Assembly: GCA_965249135.1 (NCBI GenBank)
Contig: OZ252220.1
Coordinates: forward strand, 256,001 to 320,000
Direction of reading: 5' to 3'
DNA length: 64,000 nt
Origin: Alphaproteobacteria bacterium
GTDB lineage: Bacteria; Pseudomonadota; Alphaproteobacteria; GCA-2746255
The position numbers were made by a program, and so were the translations under genes. Shown in pieces: positions 1-10,284 of the stretch. How positions within the stretch are numbered: the first letter of the stretch is position 1; each line of letters opens with the position of its first letter. The notes under the pieces were generated by a model. It did no database searches. It was given only the letters and a program-made list of their open reading frames with translations, and had not been told where the DNA came from.

Positions 1-533
1 CGTAACATTGCCTCGCCCATTAGGATGCGTCCGCGGGTTGTGACTGGCGGATAATCGGAAAACCAGGCAAGGATCATCTCATCTGGAAGCTTGATGGGCA
101 TGGCCTCTTCGGCACGTTGCCGAAGCAGCCGTTGATCTGGCCATTCCGGATGTTGCCGAAGGAAGGTTGCGATTTCGTCGAAGGAAGCCTTCGTTCCCGG
201 CCGCGTGTAGTAGAGCCAATGGATGACTTCCGCCGGTATCGGGTTGCGCGCAAGCGCAGAAAAGACAAGCGCTTTTTTCCAACGCTTCTTTTTCGCTTCC
301 GCGAACGCGCGCGTGTAGGTACCAAGATCGGAAGCGGAAAGAAGCCAGGTCGCCTTTTCCTTCTCATTCTCTTCCGCCTTCGCGAAGGATGGCGCGAAAG
401 ACGCAAGCGCAAGGAAAAAGACGCCAATGACGACCCCGCGAAGAAGGGCGTGCGTCGAGGGCGTGTGTCGAAGCTGTCGAAGTTGGACCGTGCGCATCCA
501 CCAAAGAAGGACGTTGAAAACGGTCGTATCCAT
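1..533 (-). CDS. slt: Soluble lytic murein transglycosylase (Slt70-like), N-terminal part; runs off the left edge
   Basis: Not in ORF track. Minus frame from ATG 533 (or 497) reads MDTTVF...GVFFLALASFAPSFAKA (signal-like)...ASFDEIATFLRQHPEWPDQRLLRQRAEEAM, typical alphaproteobacterial Slt N-terminus; divergent from dapA as is usual. Confidence 0.8.
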   Translation of the reverse strand, partial: MDTTVFNVLLWWMRTVQLRQLRHTPSTHALLRGVVIGVFFLALASFAPSFAKAEENEKEKATWLLSASDLGTYTRAFAEAKKKRWKKALVFSALARNPIPAEVIHWLYYTRPGTKASFDEIATFLRQHPEWPDQRLLRQRAEEAMPIKLPDEMILAWFSDYPPVTTRGRILMGEAML

Positions 534-632
534 ATCAAGGCCATAACGGCATTTCAACAAGCACCCCCGCCCTTGCCGCCACGGAGAGGGGGGGTTATGT
601 TCCGCGGATTAGCCGGAATTTGGTAGCGTAAA

Positions 633-1508
633 ATGTTTAAAGGTTCCTTTGTCGCGCTCGTAACCCCCTTTCGCGATGGCGCCATCGATGAGACGGCCTA
701 CCAGGGATTTATCGATTGGCAGATCGGGCAGGGGACCCATGGCCTGGTGCCATGCGGGACGACGGGCGAATCGCCGACCTTGAGCCATGCGGAACACATG
801 CGGGTCGTCGAGCTCTGCGTCGAGGTGGCCCAGGGCCGTGTGCCCGTCGTCGCGGGCAGCGGGTCGAACTCGACGGAGGAGGCGATCCAGCTGACGCGCC
901 ACGCCAAGGAGGCGGGTGCGGATGCGGCCTTGATCATCACGCCTTATTACAACAAGCCCTCGCAAGAAGGCCTCTATCAGCATTACAAGGCTATCCAGGA
1001 CGCCGTCGAACTGCCGATTATTATTTATAATATTCCGGGGCGCTGCGTGGTCGACATGTCGGTCGCCACGATGGCGCGTCTTGGCAAGCTTCCGAATATC
1101 ATCGGCGTGAAAGACGCAACGGCTGATCTGGCGCGCCCCTCTGCGACGCGACGCGCAATCGGTGACGGTTTCTGTCAGCTTTCCGGCGAGGATGCCACGG
1201 TTCTTGCGTTTCTGGGTGAAGGTGGTCACGGATGCATCTCGGTATCGGCAAACGTTGCGCCGAAGCTCCTCGCCGAGATGCATACTGCATGGATGAAAGG
1301 CGATCACACGACGGCGCGCGGGATTCGGGACCGGTTGGTGCCGGTGCATGAGGCCATGTTCGTCGATACAAATCCGTGCCCCGTCAAATATGCGGTCAGC
1401 CTTCAGGGGCACTGTTCTGGCGAGTTGCGTCTTCCCCTTGTGGAGGTTTCGAAGGAAAACAAGGAGCGCATTCGGCAAGCATTGGAAACGGCAGGCTTGT
1501 TGGCCTGA
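633..1508 (+). CDS. dapA: 4-hydroxy-tetrahydrodipicolinate synthase
   Basis: GTTGES, YYNKP, YNIPGR, GVKDAT motifs. Confidence 0.97.
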   Translation: MFKGSFVALVTPFRDGAIDETAYQGFIDWQIGQGTHGLVPCGTTGESPTLSHAEHMRVVELCVEVAQGRVPVVAGSGSNSTEEAIQLTRHAKEAGADAALIITPYYNKPSQEGLYQHYKAIQDAVELPIIIYNIPGRCVVDMSVATMARLGKLPNIIGVKDATADLARPSATRRAIGDGFCQLSGEDATVLAFLGEGGHGCISVSANVAPKLLAEMHTAWMKGDHTTARGIRDRLVPVHEAMFVDTNPCPVKYAVSLQGHCSGELRLPLVEVSKENKERIRQALETAGLLA

Positions 1509-1516
1509 GGCCATGG

Positions 1517-1987
1517 ATGGCAAGGGCGCTTACCTCCGCCGATCGCTATGTGGCGCTAAACCGAAAAGCCCGCCACAATTATGCCATCGAAGAGACTCTC
1601 GAGACGGGAATCGTGTTGACCGGTTCGGAAGTGAAGTCGCTGCGACTTGGTCGTTGTTCGCTGAGTGATTCCTACGCGACGGAAAAGGATGGCGAACTCT
1701 ATCTCTTCAATACACATATTGCGGAATATGCTTCCAGCCGCGAGGACCATCATGCCACGCGTCCAAGAAAGCTGCTGGTTCATCGTCGCGAAATGGATCG
1801 CCTTCTTGGTGCTGTCAAGCGGGAAGGCATGACCCTTGTTCCGCTCGCGGTTTATTTTAATGATCGCGGGATCGCGAAGGTGTCCCTGGGCCTGGCGAAG
1901 GGGAAACGCAAATTTGATAAGCGTGCGGACGAAAAGGCGCGGGAATGGCGTCGCCAGAAAGAACGACTCTTGAAGGAAAAATCTTAG
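1517..1987 (+). CDS. smpB: SsrA-binding protein
   Basis: NRKARHNY, LTGSEVKSLR, RKLLVH, AKGKRKFDKR; start refined to ATG 1517. Confidence 0.97.
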   Translation: MARALTSADRYVALNRKARHNYAIEETLETGIVLTGSEVKSLRLGRCSLSDSYATEKDGELYLFNTHIAEYASSREDHHATRPRKLLVHRREMDRLLGAVKREGMTLVPLAVYFNDRGIAKVSLGLAKGKRKFDKRADEKAREWRRQKERLLKEKS

Positions 1988-2002
1988 GGCGCGAGGAAGG
2001 GG

Positions 2003-2674
2003 ATGACGGAAAAGAACCCGACGCTCTTCGGTAAAGTCCGGGAAAAACTCATTCGCCGGAAGGAGGAATGGGCAAGGCAGGGGCGTTTGCTCACCGGCCA
2101 GACGGCAAAACCCGGCGCGCCTGTGCGCCTTCCCCCGGGTCAGCGGGAAGTCAAGAACTAGCCCGTTCTCGATCTTGGCGCCCAGCCGGAGGTTTCATCG
2201 CAGATGTGGGGCTTGCGCATCGATGGCCTGGTCGCCAATCCCCTTGCCTGGGACATGGCCACCTTTCTCGTCCAGCCCCAGATCGAGAGCATCTCCGACA
2301 TCCACTGCGTGACCGCATGGTCGCGTTACGACAACCGTTGGCAAGGGGTAAGCGCGCGTCACCTTCTCTGCGTCGTCGAACCACTGCCTGAAGCGCGTTT
2401 CATCGTGTTTCATAGCTACGATGGTTATACGACAAACATCAATCCGGCCGATTTCGATGACGAGGATGTGCTGCTCGCCCATAGCTGGGAAGAAAAACCT
2501 CTGACCCGCGAGCATGGCGGTCCGGTTCGCGTCGTCGTTCCGAAACGCCATTTCTGGAAGAGCGCGAAGTGGGTTTGCCGAATCGAATTCATCGGAAAGA
2601 ACCGTCCGGGTTTCTGGGAAGAGCGTGGCTACCATAACGAAGGCGATCCGTGGAAAGAGGAACGCCACGGATAG
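2003..2674 (+). pseudogene. Sulfite oxidase-like molybdopterin oxidoreductase (YuiH-like) interrupted by an in-frame TAG at 2159-2161
   Basis: ATG 2003 after GGAAGGGG reads ...RLPPGQREVKN*PVLDLG..., then DIHCVTAWSRYD, HGGPVR, WKSAKW, GFWEERGYH in the same frame; homologues usually have W at the stop position. Confidence 0.8.
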
Positions 2675-2693
2675 CGCCAACCTGCCTTGCGTC

Positions 2694-3377
2694 TCAAACA
2701 CGCTCGCGCATCTCGCGGATCACCGCTTCGAACATTGCTTCCGTGAGCCGGCCCGTATTCGTGTTGTAACGCGAGCAATGGTAGCTATCGACAAGCAAAA
2801 GACCATCCGGAAGGGAATGGCAGGCACCGTGACGGAAGGGATAAGCGCTGCGCTTGCACCCGAATGCCGCGAGAACGGCATTGTGGGCGATCTGACCAAG
2901 GGCTAGCAGGAAACGAAGCTCCGCCATGGCCGCGATCTCGTGCGTGAGGAAACACCCACAGGATTTGATCTCGTCCGGTGTCGGCCGATTCTCGGGAGGC
3001 ACGCAACGCACGGCATTCGTAATCCGACAATCCACTAGTTCCAGCCCGTCCCAAGGGGCCGCGCGATACTCGCCATGGGTGAATCCGTATTTTCCAAGCA
3101 TGCCGTAGAGAAGATCGCCCGCAGTGTCACCGGTGAAGGGGCGCCCCGTCCGGTTGGCACCCTTCAAGCCGGGGGCAAGCCCGACAATCAACGCTTTTGC
3201 GCCTTTCGGCCCGAAGGAGGGGACGGGCGCATTGTGCCAATCGGGATGCGCATTGTGATTCTCGGCCCGGAAGGCGACAAGCCGCGGACAATTGGGACAT
3301 TCCTTCCCCGGTTCGCCGCCTTTCCGGGGCGCGACGTTTTCGGGAGGGCCTTTGCGGGTCGTTTCCTGGGCTGACAA
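2694..3377 (-). CDS. Uracil-DNA glycosylase (family 4/5, Fe-S cysteines)
   Basis: CPNCPRL, GLAPGLKGANRTGRPFTGD, NAVRCVPPENRP, SYHCSRYNTNT. Confidence 0.9.
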   Translation of the reverse strand: MSAQETTRKGPPENVAPRKGGEPGKECPNCPRLVAFRAENHNAHPDWHNAPVPSFGPKGAKALIVGLAPGLKGANRTGRPFTGDTAGDLLYGMLGKYGFTHGEYRAAPWDGLELVDCRITNAVRCVPPENRPTPDEIKSCGCFLTHEIAAMAELRFLLALGQIAHNAVLAAFGCKRSAYPFRHGACHSLPDGLLLVDSYHCSRYNTNTGRLTEAMFEAVIREMRERV

Positions 3378-3440
3378 GATCTTGTCGGGCTTTAAGAGGG
3401 GTTTTGTAAAGAGCAGGATTACTTCGGTTCTGGGGGCGAA

Positions 3441-3468
3441 CCGGACTATTCTAGCCGGACTATTCTAG
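3441..3468. repeat. 14-bp tandem duplication CCGGACTATTCTAG x2
   Basis: Seen directly in the UDG-folK divergent intergenic region. Confidence 0.9.
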
Positions 3469-3529
3469 ATAGTCGGGCCTTCGCTTCAAACCGGTGAATC
3501 GAAGGCGATACGAAGAGGATGACGAAAGC

Positions 3530-4060
3530 ATGATCCTGATCGGTCTGGGTTCCAATCTTCCAACGGCCACCCACGGGGATCCCTTGGAAAATTGCGAGGC
3601 GGCCCTTTCCGCGCTCACCGCCGTCGGCGTGACGATCCTGCGCCGGTCCCGTTGGTACGAGAGTGCGCCGGTGCCGGCTTCCGACCAGCCGTGGTTCATA
3701 AATGGGGTCGTGGCGGTGGCGACGGAGCGGATGCCGGGTGACCTGCTGGCGCTTTGCCAGCGGATCGAACACCGTTTCGGCCGCGAGCGCCGGGAGAGGA
3801 ATGCCCCACGAACCCTTGATCTTGATCTCCTTGCCTGGGAGGACCGGGTCATTGGGGGCAAGGGGGAGGCGCTTACCATTCCTCACCCGCGTCTCCAGGA
3901 ACGCGCCTTTGTCCTTTATCCACTGGCCGAGATCGCCCCGGACTGGCGCCATCCCGTGCTCGGCATTTCTGTCGCCGGTCTGATCCGTCGTCTGGCAAAG
4001 GATCAACAGGCTTTTCCATTGGAAAACGAAGGGGATAGGGTGTCCGGGACGACCCGCTAG
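3530..4060 (+). CDS. folK: 2-amino-4-hydroxy-6-hydroxymethyldihydropteridine diphosphokinase
   Basis: IGLGSNL, PRTLDLDLL, IPHPRLQERAFVLYPLAEI. Confidence 0.95.
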   Translation: MILIGLGSNLPTATHGDPLENCEAALSALTAVGVTILRRSRWYESAPVPASDQPWFINGVVAVATERMPGDLLALCQRIEHRFGRERRERNAPRTLDLDLLAWEDRVIGGKGEALTIPHPRLQERAFVLYPLAEIAPDWRHPVLGISVAGLIRRLAKDQQAFPLENEGDRVSGTTR

Positions 4061-4126
4061 GCTTGCGTTCGACGCAGTGCAGCAATATATTCCTTCGATC
4101 CTTGAGTCTTACCGAAGAGGCGTCCG

Positions 4127-4693
4127 ATGGCCCGTGTCACCGTCGAAGATTGCGTTACCAGAGTACCGAACCGTTTCGAGCTCGTGATCCTCGCCGCTCA
4201 GCGGGCCCGCGAGATTGTTGCCGGAGCGGCCTTGACCGTGGACCGGGACCGGGACCGGAATCCAGTCGTCGCCCTTCGCGAAATCGCCGAATTGACGGTC
4301 GATTTGGATGGCCTTCGGGACGAGAAGGTGCGCTCGCTGCAAAAGCATGTGAAGCTTGAGGAGCCGGAGGAGGACATCCTCGAACTGGTCGAGCAAGAGC
4401 AGCAGCACGCGGCAGAGGTTGGTGAAGCCACCCCAGCCGAAGAGATCGCAGAAGACCTGCTTTCGGTGGATGAGGGATCGGTCAAATTAGCCTCTCTGGG
4501 GGAAGCGGAAGCACTTCCCGAGGAAACAGAAGCGGAAGTGACCCCTAAAGAAGTGGAAGCAGAAGTGACTCCTGAGGAAACGGAAGCGGAAGTGACTCCC
4601 GAAGAAACGGAAGCGCCTTCCGAAGAAACGGAAGACGAGGCGCTTCCGGAGATAAAAGAAGAGGAAGAGGTTGTCGACCAGGACAAAACGTGA
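4127..4693 (+). CDS. rpoZ: RNA polymerase omega subunit with long acidic repetitive C-terminal tail
   Basis: MARVTVEDC...[16 protein letters not shown]...[10 protein letters not shown]; upstream of rsh. Confidence 0.95.
   Translation: MARVTVEDCVTRVPNRFELVILAAQRAREIVAGAALTVDRDRDRNPVVALREIAELTVDLDGLRDEKVRSLQKHVKLEEPEEDILELVEQEQQHAAEVGEATPAEEIAEDLLSVDEGSVKLASLGEAEALPEETEAEVTPKEVEAEVTPEETEAEVTPEETEAPSEETEDEALPEIKEEEEVVDQDKT
4517..4635 (+). repeat. Imperfect 27-bp coding tandem repeat (PEETEAEVT) in rpoZ tail
   Basis: Translation [39 protein letters not shown]. Confidence 0.85.
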
Positions 4694-4811
4694 TTGGACG
4701 GCGCCCGCCCGATCCACGATCGGACACCGCCGGGGTTCCTGACCTTCCGTGTTTCTTTGTACGGCGGCTTCGTTTCTCAAACCTGAGGTTTTTAACGAGG
4801 CGTGATCGCCG

Positions 4812-6959
4812 ATGATTCGGCAATTCGAATTGGTGGAGGCCGTGAAGGCGTACGATCCCTCTGTCGATGAGGAAATGCTGAATCGCGCCTATGTGTTTTC
4901 GATGAAGGCACATGGCGCCCAGATGCGCGAGTCAGGGGATCCCTATTTTCTGCATCCTCTCGAAGTTGCTGGCATCCTTACGCGGTTGAAACTTGGCGGG
5001 CCGTCTATCGTGACGGCGCTGCTTCATGACACGGTTGAAGACACGTTGACGACCGTCGATGAACTTGAGCATCAATTCGGTCCCGAAATCGCCAGTCTGG
5101 TCAACGGTGTTACAAAACTTTCAAGAATCGAACTTCAATCCGACCATACGCAACAGGCGGAAAACTTTCGCAAGCTAGTGCTTGCAATGTCGGACGATAT
5201 TCGCGTTCTTCTCGTGAAACTCGCCGATCGCCTTCACAACATGCGCACCCTCTACTACATCCAGGATCCGGAAAAACGTCGGCGCATTGCCCGGGAGACG
5301 ATGGATATTTATGCGCCTTTGGCAAATCGGATCGGCCTTCAGGAGATGAAGGACGAATTGCAGGACCTGGCCTTTGCGGAATTGGACCGGGATGCCCGGA
5401 ATTCTGTTCTCGCCCGGCTTAGCTACCTGCGCCAGGAAGGTGGGGAAAAAGTTCCAAAAATCTTTCAGGGACTCGAGGCAACTCTAAAAGAAGGCGGCGT
5501 CGAAGCATCCATCTCGGGGCGCGAAAAGAAATGCTATTCCATTTGGAAGAAAATGGAGCAAAAGAACATCAGCTTCGAGCAACTGTCGGATGTGATGGCA
5601 TTCCGTGTGGTGGTTGCGGGACCTGAAGAATGCTATCGCGCGCTTGGCATTCTGCATCGGCGTTACCGGGTGGTGCCGGCGCGTTTCAAGGACTATATCA
5701 GCACGCCCAAGCCGAACGGCTATCGTTCGCTTCATACCGATGTCATCGGCCCCGAACGGCAGCGGGTCGAGATCCAGATTCGCACCCAGGATATGCAGGA
5801 CATCGCCGAACGCGGTGTCGCGGCCCACTGGCAGTACAAGGACCAACCGGCCAGCGCTACGGACGGTCGCCAGTATCGCTGGCTTCGCGAGCTTCTGGAG
5901 TTGTTGGAGAATGCCTCCGATCCGGCTGAATTCCTCGAAGAAACCAAACTCGGCATGTTTCAGGATCAGGTCTTCTGTTTTACGCCGAAGGGAGATCTGA
6001 TTGCGCTACCCCGTGGGGCCACGCCAGTGGATTTAGCCTATGCCGTCCATTCGGAAATTGGAAACACGTGCGTCGGCGCGAAGGTAAACGGACGAATGCT
6101 GCCGCTGCAAAGTCAGCTTCACAATGGGGATCAGGTCGAGATCATCACGTCAAAGGCACAAACCCCGTCGCCCACATGGGAGCGCTTTATCGTCACCAGT
6201 AAGGCACGCATGTGTGTTCGCCGTTTCGTACGCTTGAAACAACGCGATCAATATATCCAATTGGGAAGGGCGATTTTTGAACGCACGGTTCAAAATGAAG
6301 GAGACAAGCTAAACAATAAGATTTTAGAGGGTGTCTGCAAAAGCTTTCATTGTGAAACTGCAGACGACCTTTACGCCGCAATCGGCGAGGGACGTCATAC
6401 GGCCAAGGAGATTTTTAAGGCCGTTTTTCCTGGCAGGTCTTCCCGTTTGCGTGCGCGTGGCGTTATCTCGCTTCCCAGGCGCAAACGCAAAAAGAAGGGT
6501 CGAGAGAATCCCATTCCGATCCGGGGTCTCATTCCCGGGATGGCGGTTCACTATGCAAGCTGTTGCAGCCCACTTCCCGGCGATCGCATCGTTGGCATCG
6601 TGACGAAAGGGAAAGGCGTCACCATCCACACGATCGATTGCGAAATTCTACCTTCTTTCAATGAGTTAAAAGATGGCTGGCTGGACGTTTCCTGGGACGC
6701 GGGGGCCGAAGAGGCCGTCGGCCATGTCGGCAGGGTGCGATTGGTCGTCTTGAACGAGCCCGGCACGCTTGGCAATTTGTCGACCGTTATCGCGAATAAC
6801 GACGCAAACATTAACAATTTGAAAATCACGAATCGTTCGACTGATTTCTTCGAATTGGTCATTGATATCGATGTGCAAGACGCTAAACATTTGACCAGCA
6901 TTATTGCTGCCCTTCGTGCGTCTCCGGTGATCAATTCCGTCGAGCGGGCCCGCGGCTGA
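4812..6959 (+). CDS. spoT: Bifunctional (p)ppGpp synthetase/hydrolase (Rsh/SpoT)
   Basis: LLHDTVED (HD), KLADRLHNMRTL, EIQIRT, TGS (FTPKG...AYAVHS) and ACT domains. Confidence 0.96.
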   Translation: MIRQFELVEAVKAYDPSVDEEMLNRAYVFSMKAHGAQMRESGDPYFLHPLEVAGILTRLKLGGPSIVTALLHDTVEDTLTTVDELEHQFGPEIASLVNGVTKLSRIELQSDHTQQAENFRKLVLAMSDDIRVLLVKLADRLHNMRTLYYIQDPEKRRRIARETMDIYAPLANRIGLQEMKDELQDLAFAELDRDARNSVLARLSYLRQEGGEKVPKIFQGLEATLKEGGVEASISGREKKCYSIWKKMEQKNISFEQLSDVMAFRVVVAGPEECYRALGILHRRYRVVPARFKDYISTPKPNGYRSLHTDVIGPERQRVEIQIRTQDMQDIAERGVAAHWQYKDQPASATDGRQYRWLRELLELLENASDPAEFLEETKLGMFQDQVFCFTPKGDLIALPRGATPVDLAYAVHSEIGNTCVGAKVNGRMLPLQSQLHNGDQVEIITSKAQTPSPTWERFIVTSKARMCVRRFVRLKQRDQYIQLGRAIFERTVQNEGDKLNNKILEGVCKSFHCETADDLYAAIGEGRHTAKEIFKAVFPGRSSRLRARGVISLPRRKRKKKGRENPIPIRGLIPGMAVHYASCCSPLPGDRIVGIVTKGKGVTIHTIDCEILPSFNELKDGWLDVSWDAGAEEAVGHVGRVRLVVLNEPGTLGNLSTVIANNDANINNLKITNRSTDFFELVIDIDVQDAKHLTSIIAALRASPVINSVERARG

Positions 6960-7032
6960 ACGAAGGAAGCGACACGCATTGATCCGTTTCTTTCACAGAT
7001 TGCACAGATTGCAAAGGCGTTAACGTTTCACG

Positions 7033-7662
7033 ATGCTCTTCAAGCGCCAAAAAAAACTGCACCCTATTCTCTATTTGTGCAATGTGCTCTGGCCGAAGTC
7101 CGGCTGGCGGCGGGCGTCACGTTACGTGTTTCACCGGGTCGGGCGGTTGCCCGCGACCCCTTACAGCATCGCGGCCGGTTTTGCGTGTGGGGCGGCGGTC
7201 TCCTTTACGCCCTTCATAGGTTTTCACTTTGCCTCTGCCGCTTTGATCGCTTGGCTAATCGGCGGCAATTTGCTCGCCTCGGCTATCGGCACCGTTATCG
7301 GGAATCCATGGACCTTTCCGCTGATCTGGTTCTGGATCTACCAACTCGGAAACTGGATGCTGCAGCTCGCACCCGATAGAGGTATGCCGGAGCAACTCTC
7401 GCTCCAGATGATTTTTAATCACCCGGATTGGCTGCTTTGGCCGATGGCGGTGGGCAGCATTCCGACGGCCATTGTCGCATGGCTCGCCTTCTACTGGCCG
7501 ATCAAGGCGGTCGTCGCAGGCTATCAGCATCACCGCCATCGCCGTCGCGAGGAAGGGAAAATACGCCGCGCCATGCGGATAGCCGCAGGGAAGGAAAGGT
7601 GGAAGGAAAGGTGGAAGGAAAGGTGGAAGGAAAAGCGGAAGGAAAAGCGATCCGATGACTGA
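7033..7662 (+). CDS. DUF2062-family membrane protein
   Basis: WPKSGWRRA...TPYSIAAGFACG...GNPWTFP; usual position between rsh and pdxJ. Confidence 0.8.
   Translation: MLFKRQKKLHPILYLCNVLWPKSGWRRASRYVFHRVGRLPATPYSIAAGFACGAAVSFTPFIGFHFASAALIAWLIGGNLLASAIGTVIGNPWTFPLIWFWIYQLGNWMLQLAPDRGMPEQLSLQMIFNHPDWLLWPMAVGSIPTAIVAWLAFYWPIKAVVAGYQHHRHRRREEGKIRRAMRIAAGKERWKERWKERWKEKRKEKRSDD
7591..7650 (+). repeat. 12-bp coding tandem repeat x5 (AAGGAAAGGTGG x3, AAGGAAAAGCGR x2)
   Basis: Seen directly; encodes KERWKERWKERWKEKRKEKR. Confidence 0.9.
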
Positions 7663-8422
7663 ACGGCTTCGCCTTGGCGTGAACATCGATCACGTGGCGA
7701 CCTTGCGGAACGCCCGCGGCGGGCGGCACCCGGATCCCTTGCGGGCGGCCGAGATGGCGATGCAGGCGGGCGCGGATGGAATCACCGCTCATCTCCGCGA
7801 GGACCGTCGCCACATTCGGGATACGGATATCGCAGCACTCGTCCAACGCGGGCCATTGCCGCTTAACCTTGAGATGGCGGCAACGCGCGGCATGCTCGAA
7901 GTGGCCCTTGCCAATCGGCCGCACGCCGTCTGCCTGGTCCCGGAAAAGCGCCAGGAATTGACGACGGAAGGCGGCCTCGATGCGGTTGCCGGAAAGGCGC
8001 ACCTGGCCCCTTACGTCGAGGCAATGGGGACGGCTGGGATCGAAGTGGCCCTTTTCATCGATCCGGACTTTGCGCAAGTCCAAGCCACAAAGGCGATCGG
8101 CGCGTTTGCGGTCGAACTGCACACCGGACGTTATTGCGACACGCAAAGCATGCCCCGCGCCGACGAGCTTCGCCGCCTGGTCGAAACGGCAAGACGTGCC
8201 GTCGAACTTGGTCTCGAATGCCATGCCGGCCACGGCCTTTGCTTCGATACGGTGGCGCCCGTTGCCGCCATCCCGGAGATCAATGAATTGAACATCGGTC
8301 ATTTTCTGGTGGGCGAGGCGGTTTTTATCGGCCTTGCGGAGAGCATTCGCAGCATGCGGGCCCGGATGGATGCCGCCCGGGACGTTTCTTCGCAGGAAAC
8401 AGCGCGGCGGGACTCCGCATGA
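7655..8422 (+). CDS. pdxJ: Pyridoxine 5'-phosphate synthase
   Basis: [40 protein letters not shown]. Confidence 0.97.
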   Translation: MTERLRLGVNIDHVATLRNARGGRHPDPLRAAEMAMQAGADGITAHLREDRRHIRDTDIAALVQRGPLPLNLEMAATRGMLEVALANRPHAVCLVPEKRQELTTEGGLDAVAGKAHLAPYVEAMGTAGIEVALFIDPDFAQVQATKAIGAFAVELHTGRYCDTQSMPRADELRRLVETARRAVELGLECHAGHGLCFDTVAPVAAIPEINELNIGHFLVGEAVFIGLAESIRSMRARMDAARDVSSQETARRDSA

Positions 8423-8826
8423 TCATCGGCTTTGGAAGCGATTTGATCGACATTCGCCGGATCGAGCGCACCCTCGAACGATTCGGTGACCGTTTCACCC
8501 ATCGCCTCTTTACGGAAGCCGAGCGGAAGAAGGCGACCCGGCGTCCCGTGGCGCTAGCCGCCACCTACGCGAAACGGTTTGCCGCCAAGGAAGCCTGTTC
8601 GAAGGCCTTGGGCACCGGGCTGCGGAAAGGCGTCTTCTGGCGTGACATGGGCATCGTGAACGACGCCACCGGCAAACCGACGATCGAGCTCACCGGTGGC
8701 GCCGCGCAGCGCATGGCAGAGATTACACCGCCGGGGATGTCGGCCAGGCTCGAAGTGTCTCTAAGCGACGAGTACCCGTATGCTCAGGCCAGCGTCATCA
8801 TCTATACCGTCTCAAAGACGAACTAG
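8419..8826 (+). CDS. acpS: Holo-ACP synthase
   Basis: [32 protein letters not shown]. Confidence 0.96.
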   Translation: MIIGFGSDLIDIRRIERTLERFGDRFTHRLFTEAERKKATRRPVALAATYAKRFAAKEACSKALGTGLRKGVFWRDMGIVNDATGKPTIELTGGAAQRMAEITPPGMSARLEVSLSDEYPYAQASVIIYTVSKTN

Positions 8827-8839
8827 AGGGCTGCACCAC

Positions 8840-9595
8840 ATGCCGAGACGACCGTTGCATGGAAGGGCCAGGGAGGGGTTGTGGGATACGGTCCGCACGA
8901 TCGTCTATGCAATTCTGATTGCGCTCGTTGCGCGCACCGTCGCCTATGAGCCTTTCAATATTCCATCCAGCTCGATGGTGCCGACGCTTTTGGTCGGCGA
9001 CTATCTGTTCGTTTCGAAATATTCTTATGGCTATAGCCGTTATTCATTGCCCTTCGGCGTGCCGCTGATTGCAGATCGGATTTTCTTTACGGCGCCCGAG
9101 CGGGGGGACGTTGCGGTTTTCAAATTGTCATCCGATAACCATACGGATTACATCAAGCGGATCATTGGCTTGCCTGAGGACGAGATCCAGATGAAGGAGG
9201 GCCGCCTTTACATCAACGGCGAAAAGGTGAAACGCGAATCCACCGAAGATTTCACGATGTGGAATTCCCACGGATCGCCAAGGGCGGTCCGGCAGTATAT
9301 TGAGACGTTGCCGAGCGGGCGTAGCTATCGCATCCTCGAGGCCTCGGATGAGGGGCAGCTCGATAACACGCCGGTCTATAAAGTGCCGCCCGGTCACTAT
9401 TTTGCGATGGGGGACAATCGGGACAACTCGCTCGATAGCCGGGCCAAGTACGGTGTTGGGTTTGTTCCCGAGAACAACCTCGTCGGACGCGCGGAAGTCC
9501 TGTTCTTCTCGGTCAACGGGGAAACGCGTATCTGGGAAGTCTGGAAATGGCCGATGGCGATTCGCTTTCGCCGTTTCTTCCTGACGGTCGATTGA
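8840..9595 (+). CDS. lepB: Signal peptidase I
   Basis: IPSSSMVPTL, DYIKRIIGLP, GDNRDNSLDSR; start refined to ATG 8840. Confidence 0.96.
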   Translation: MPRRPLHGRAREGLWDTVRTIVYAILIALVARTVAYEPFNIPSSSMVPTLLVGDYLFVSKYSYGYSRYSLPFGVPLIADRIFFTAPERGDVAVFKLSSDNHTDYIKRIIGLPEDEIQMKEGRLYINGEKVKRESTEDFTMWNSHGSPRAVRQYIETLPSGRSYRILEASDEGQLDNTPVYKVPPGHYFAMGDNRDNSLDSRAKYGVGFVPENNLVGRAEVLFFSVNGETRIWEVWKWPMAIRFRRFFLTVD

Positions 9596-10284
9596 TGATG
9601 GGGGCCGGTGCCTCGCTGGTCGGGCTGATGGAGACGCTCGACCATCCCTTTGCGGACCCGGCGTTGCTGGAAGAGGCGCTTACCCATCCAAGTGACGGCG
9701 ATGCGCTAAGACCGGATTACGAGCGTCTCGAATTCCTGGGCGATCGGGTGCTTAGTCTGGTCATCGCCGACCATCTGCTGCACCGCTTCCCAACCGAGCC
9801 GGAAGGCTCGCTCGCCAAGCGCCATGCCGCGCTGGTCTGCCGCGAGGCGTTGATCCTTGTGGCCGAAAGGATCGGCCTCGAAGCGCATCTTCACCTCAAT
9901 CAGGGCAAGGAGCGGGAGCGGCCATCGCGCCTTGCGGACTCGTTGGAGGCGGTGATCGCCGCCCTCTATCTGGATGGCGGCCTTCCGGTGGCCAGGCGCT
10001 TCATCGAACGGCACTGGCAAGCTGCCATCGAGGCCATGCCCATACCGCCTGAGGATGCGAAGACCCGCCTTCAGGAATGGGCGCAGGCGCGTGGGCTTTC
10101 GCTTCCCGCCTATCAAACCATTGCCCGCACCGGGCCGGATCACCAGCCGACCTTCACCGTCCAGCTCAAAATCGAGGGTTTTCCACCCTTAAGCGCAAGC
10201 GGGTCCACGAAACGGGCCGCCGAAACCGAAGCCGCCGCCCACCTGCTGACAAAGATCGAAGGGGGCGGCAATGGCGAAGGATAA
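9595..10284 (+). CDS. rnc: Ribonuclease III
   Basis: ERLEFLGD, LADSLEA, dsRBD AKTRLQEWAQ. Confidence 0.96.
   Translation: MMGAGASLVGLMETLDHPFADPALLEEALTHPSDGDALRPDYERLEFLGDRVLSLVIADHLLHRFPTEPEGSLAKRHAALVCREALILVAERIGLEAHLHLNQGKERERPSRLADSLEAVIAALYLDGGLPVARRFIERHWQAAIEAMPIPPEDAKTRLQEWAQARGLSLPAYQTIARTGPDHQPTFTVQLKIEGFPPLSASGSTKRAAETEAAAHLLTKIEGGGNGEG

Noticed and set aside
74-626. ORF-track proteins 74..544 and 117..626
   Set aside because: Alternative frames of the slt gene, which the track missed because it runs off the edge
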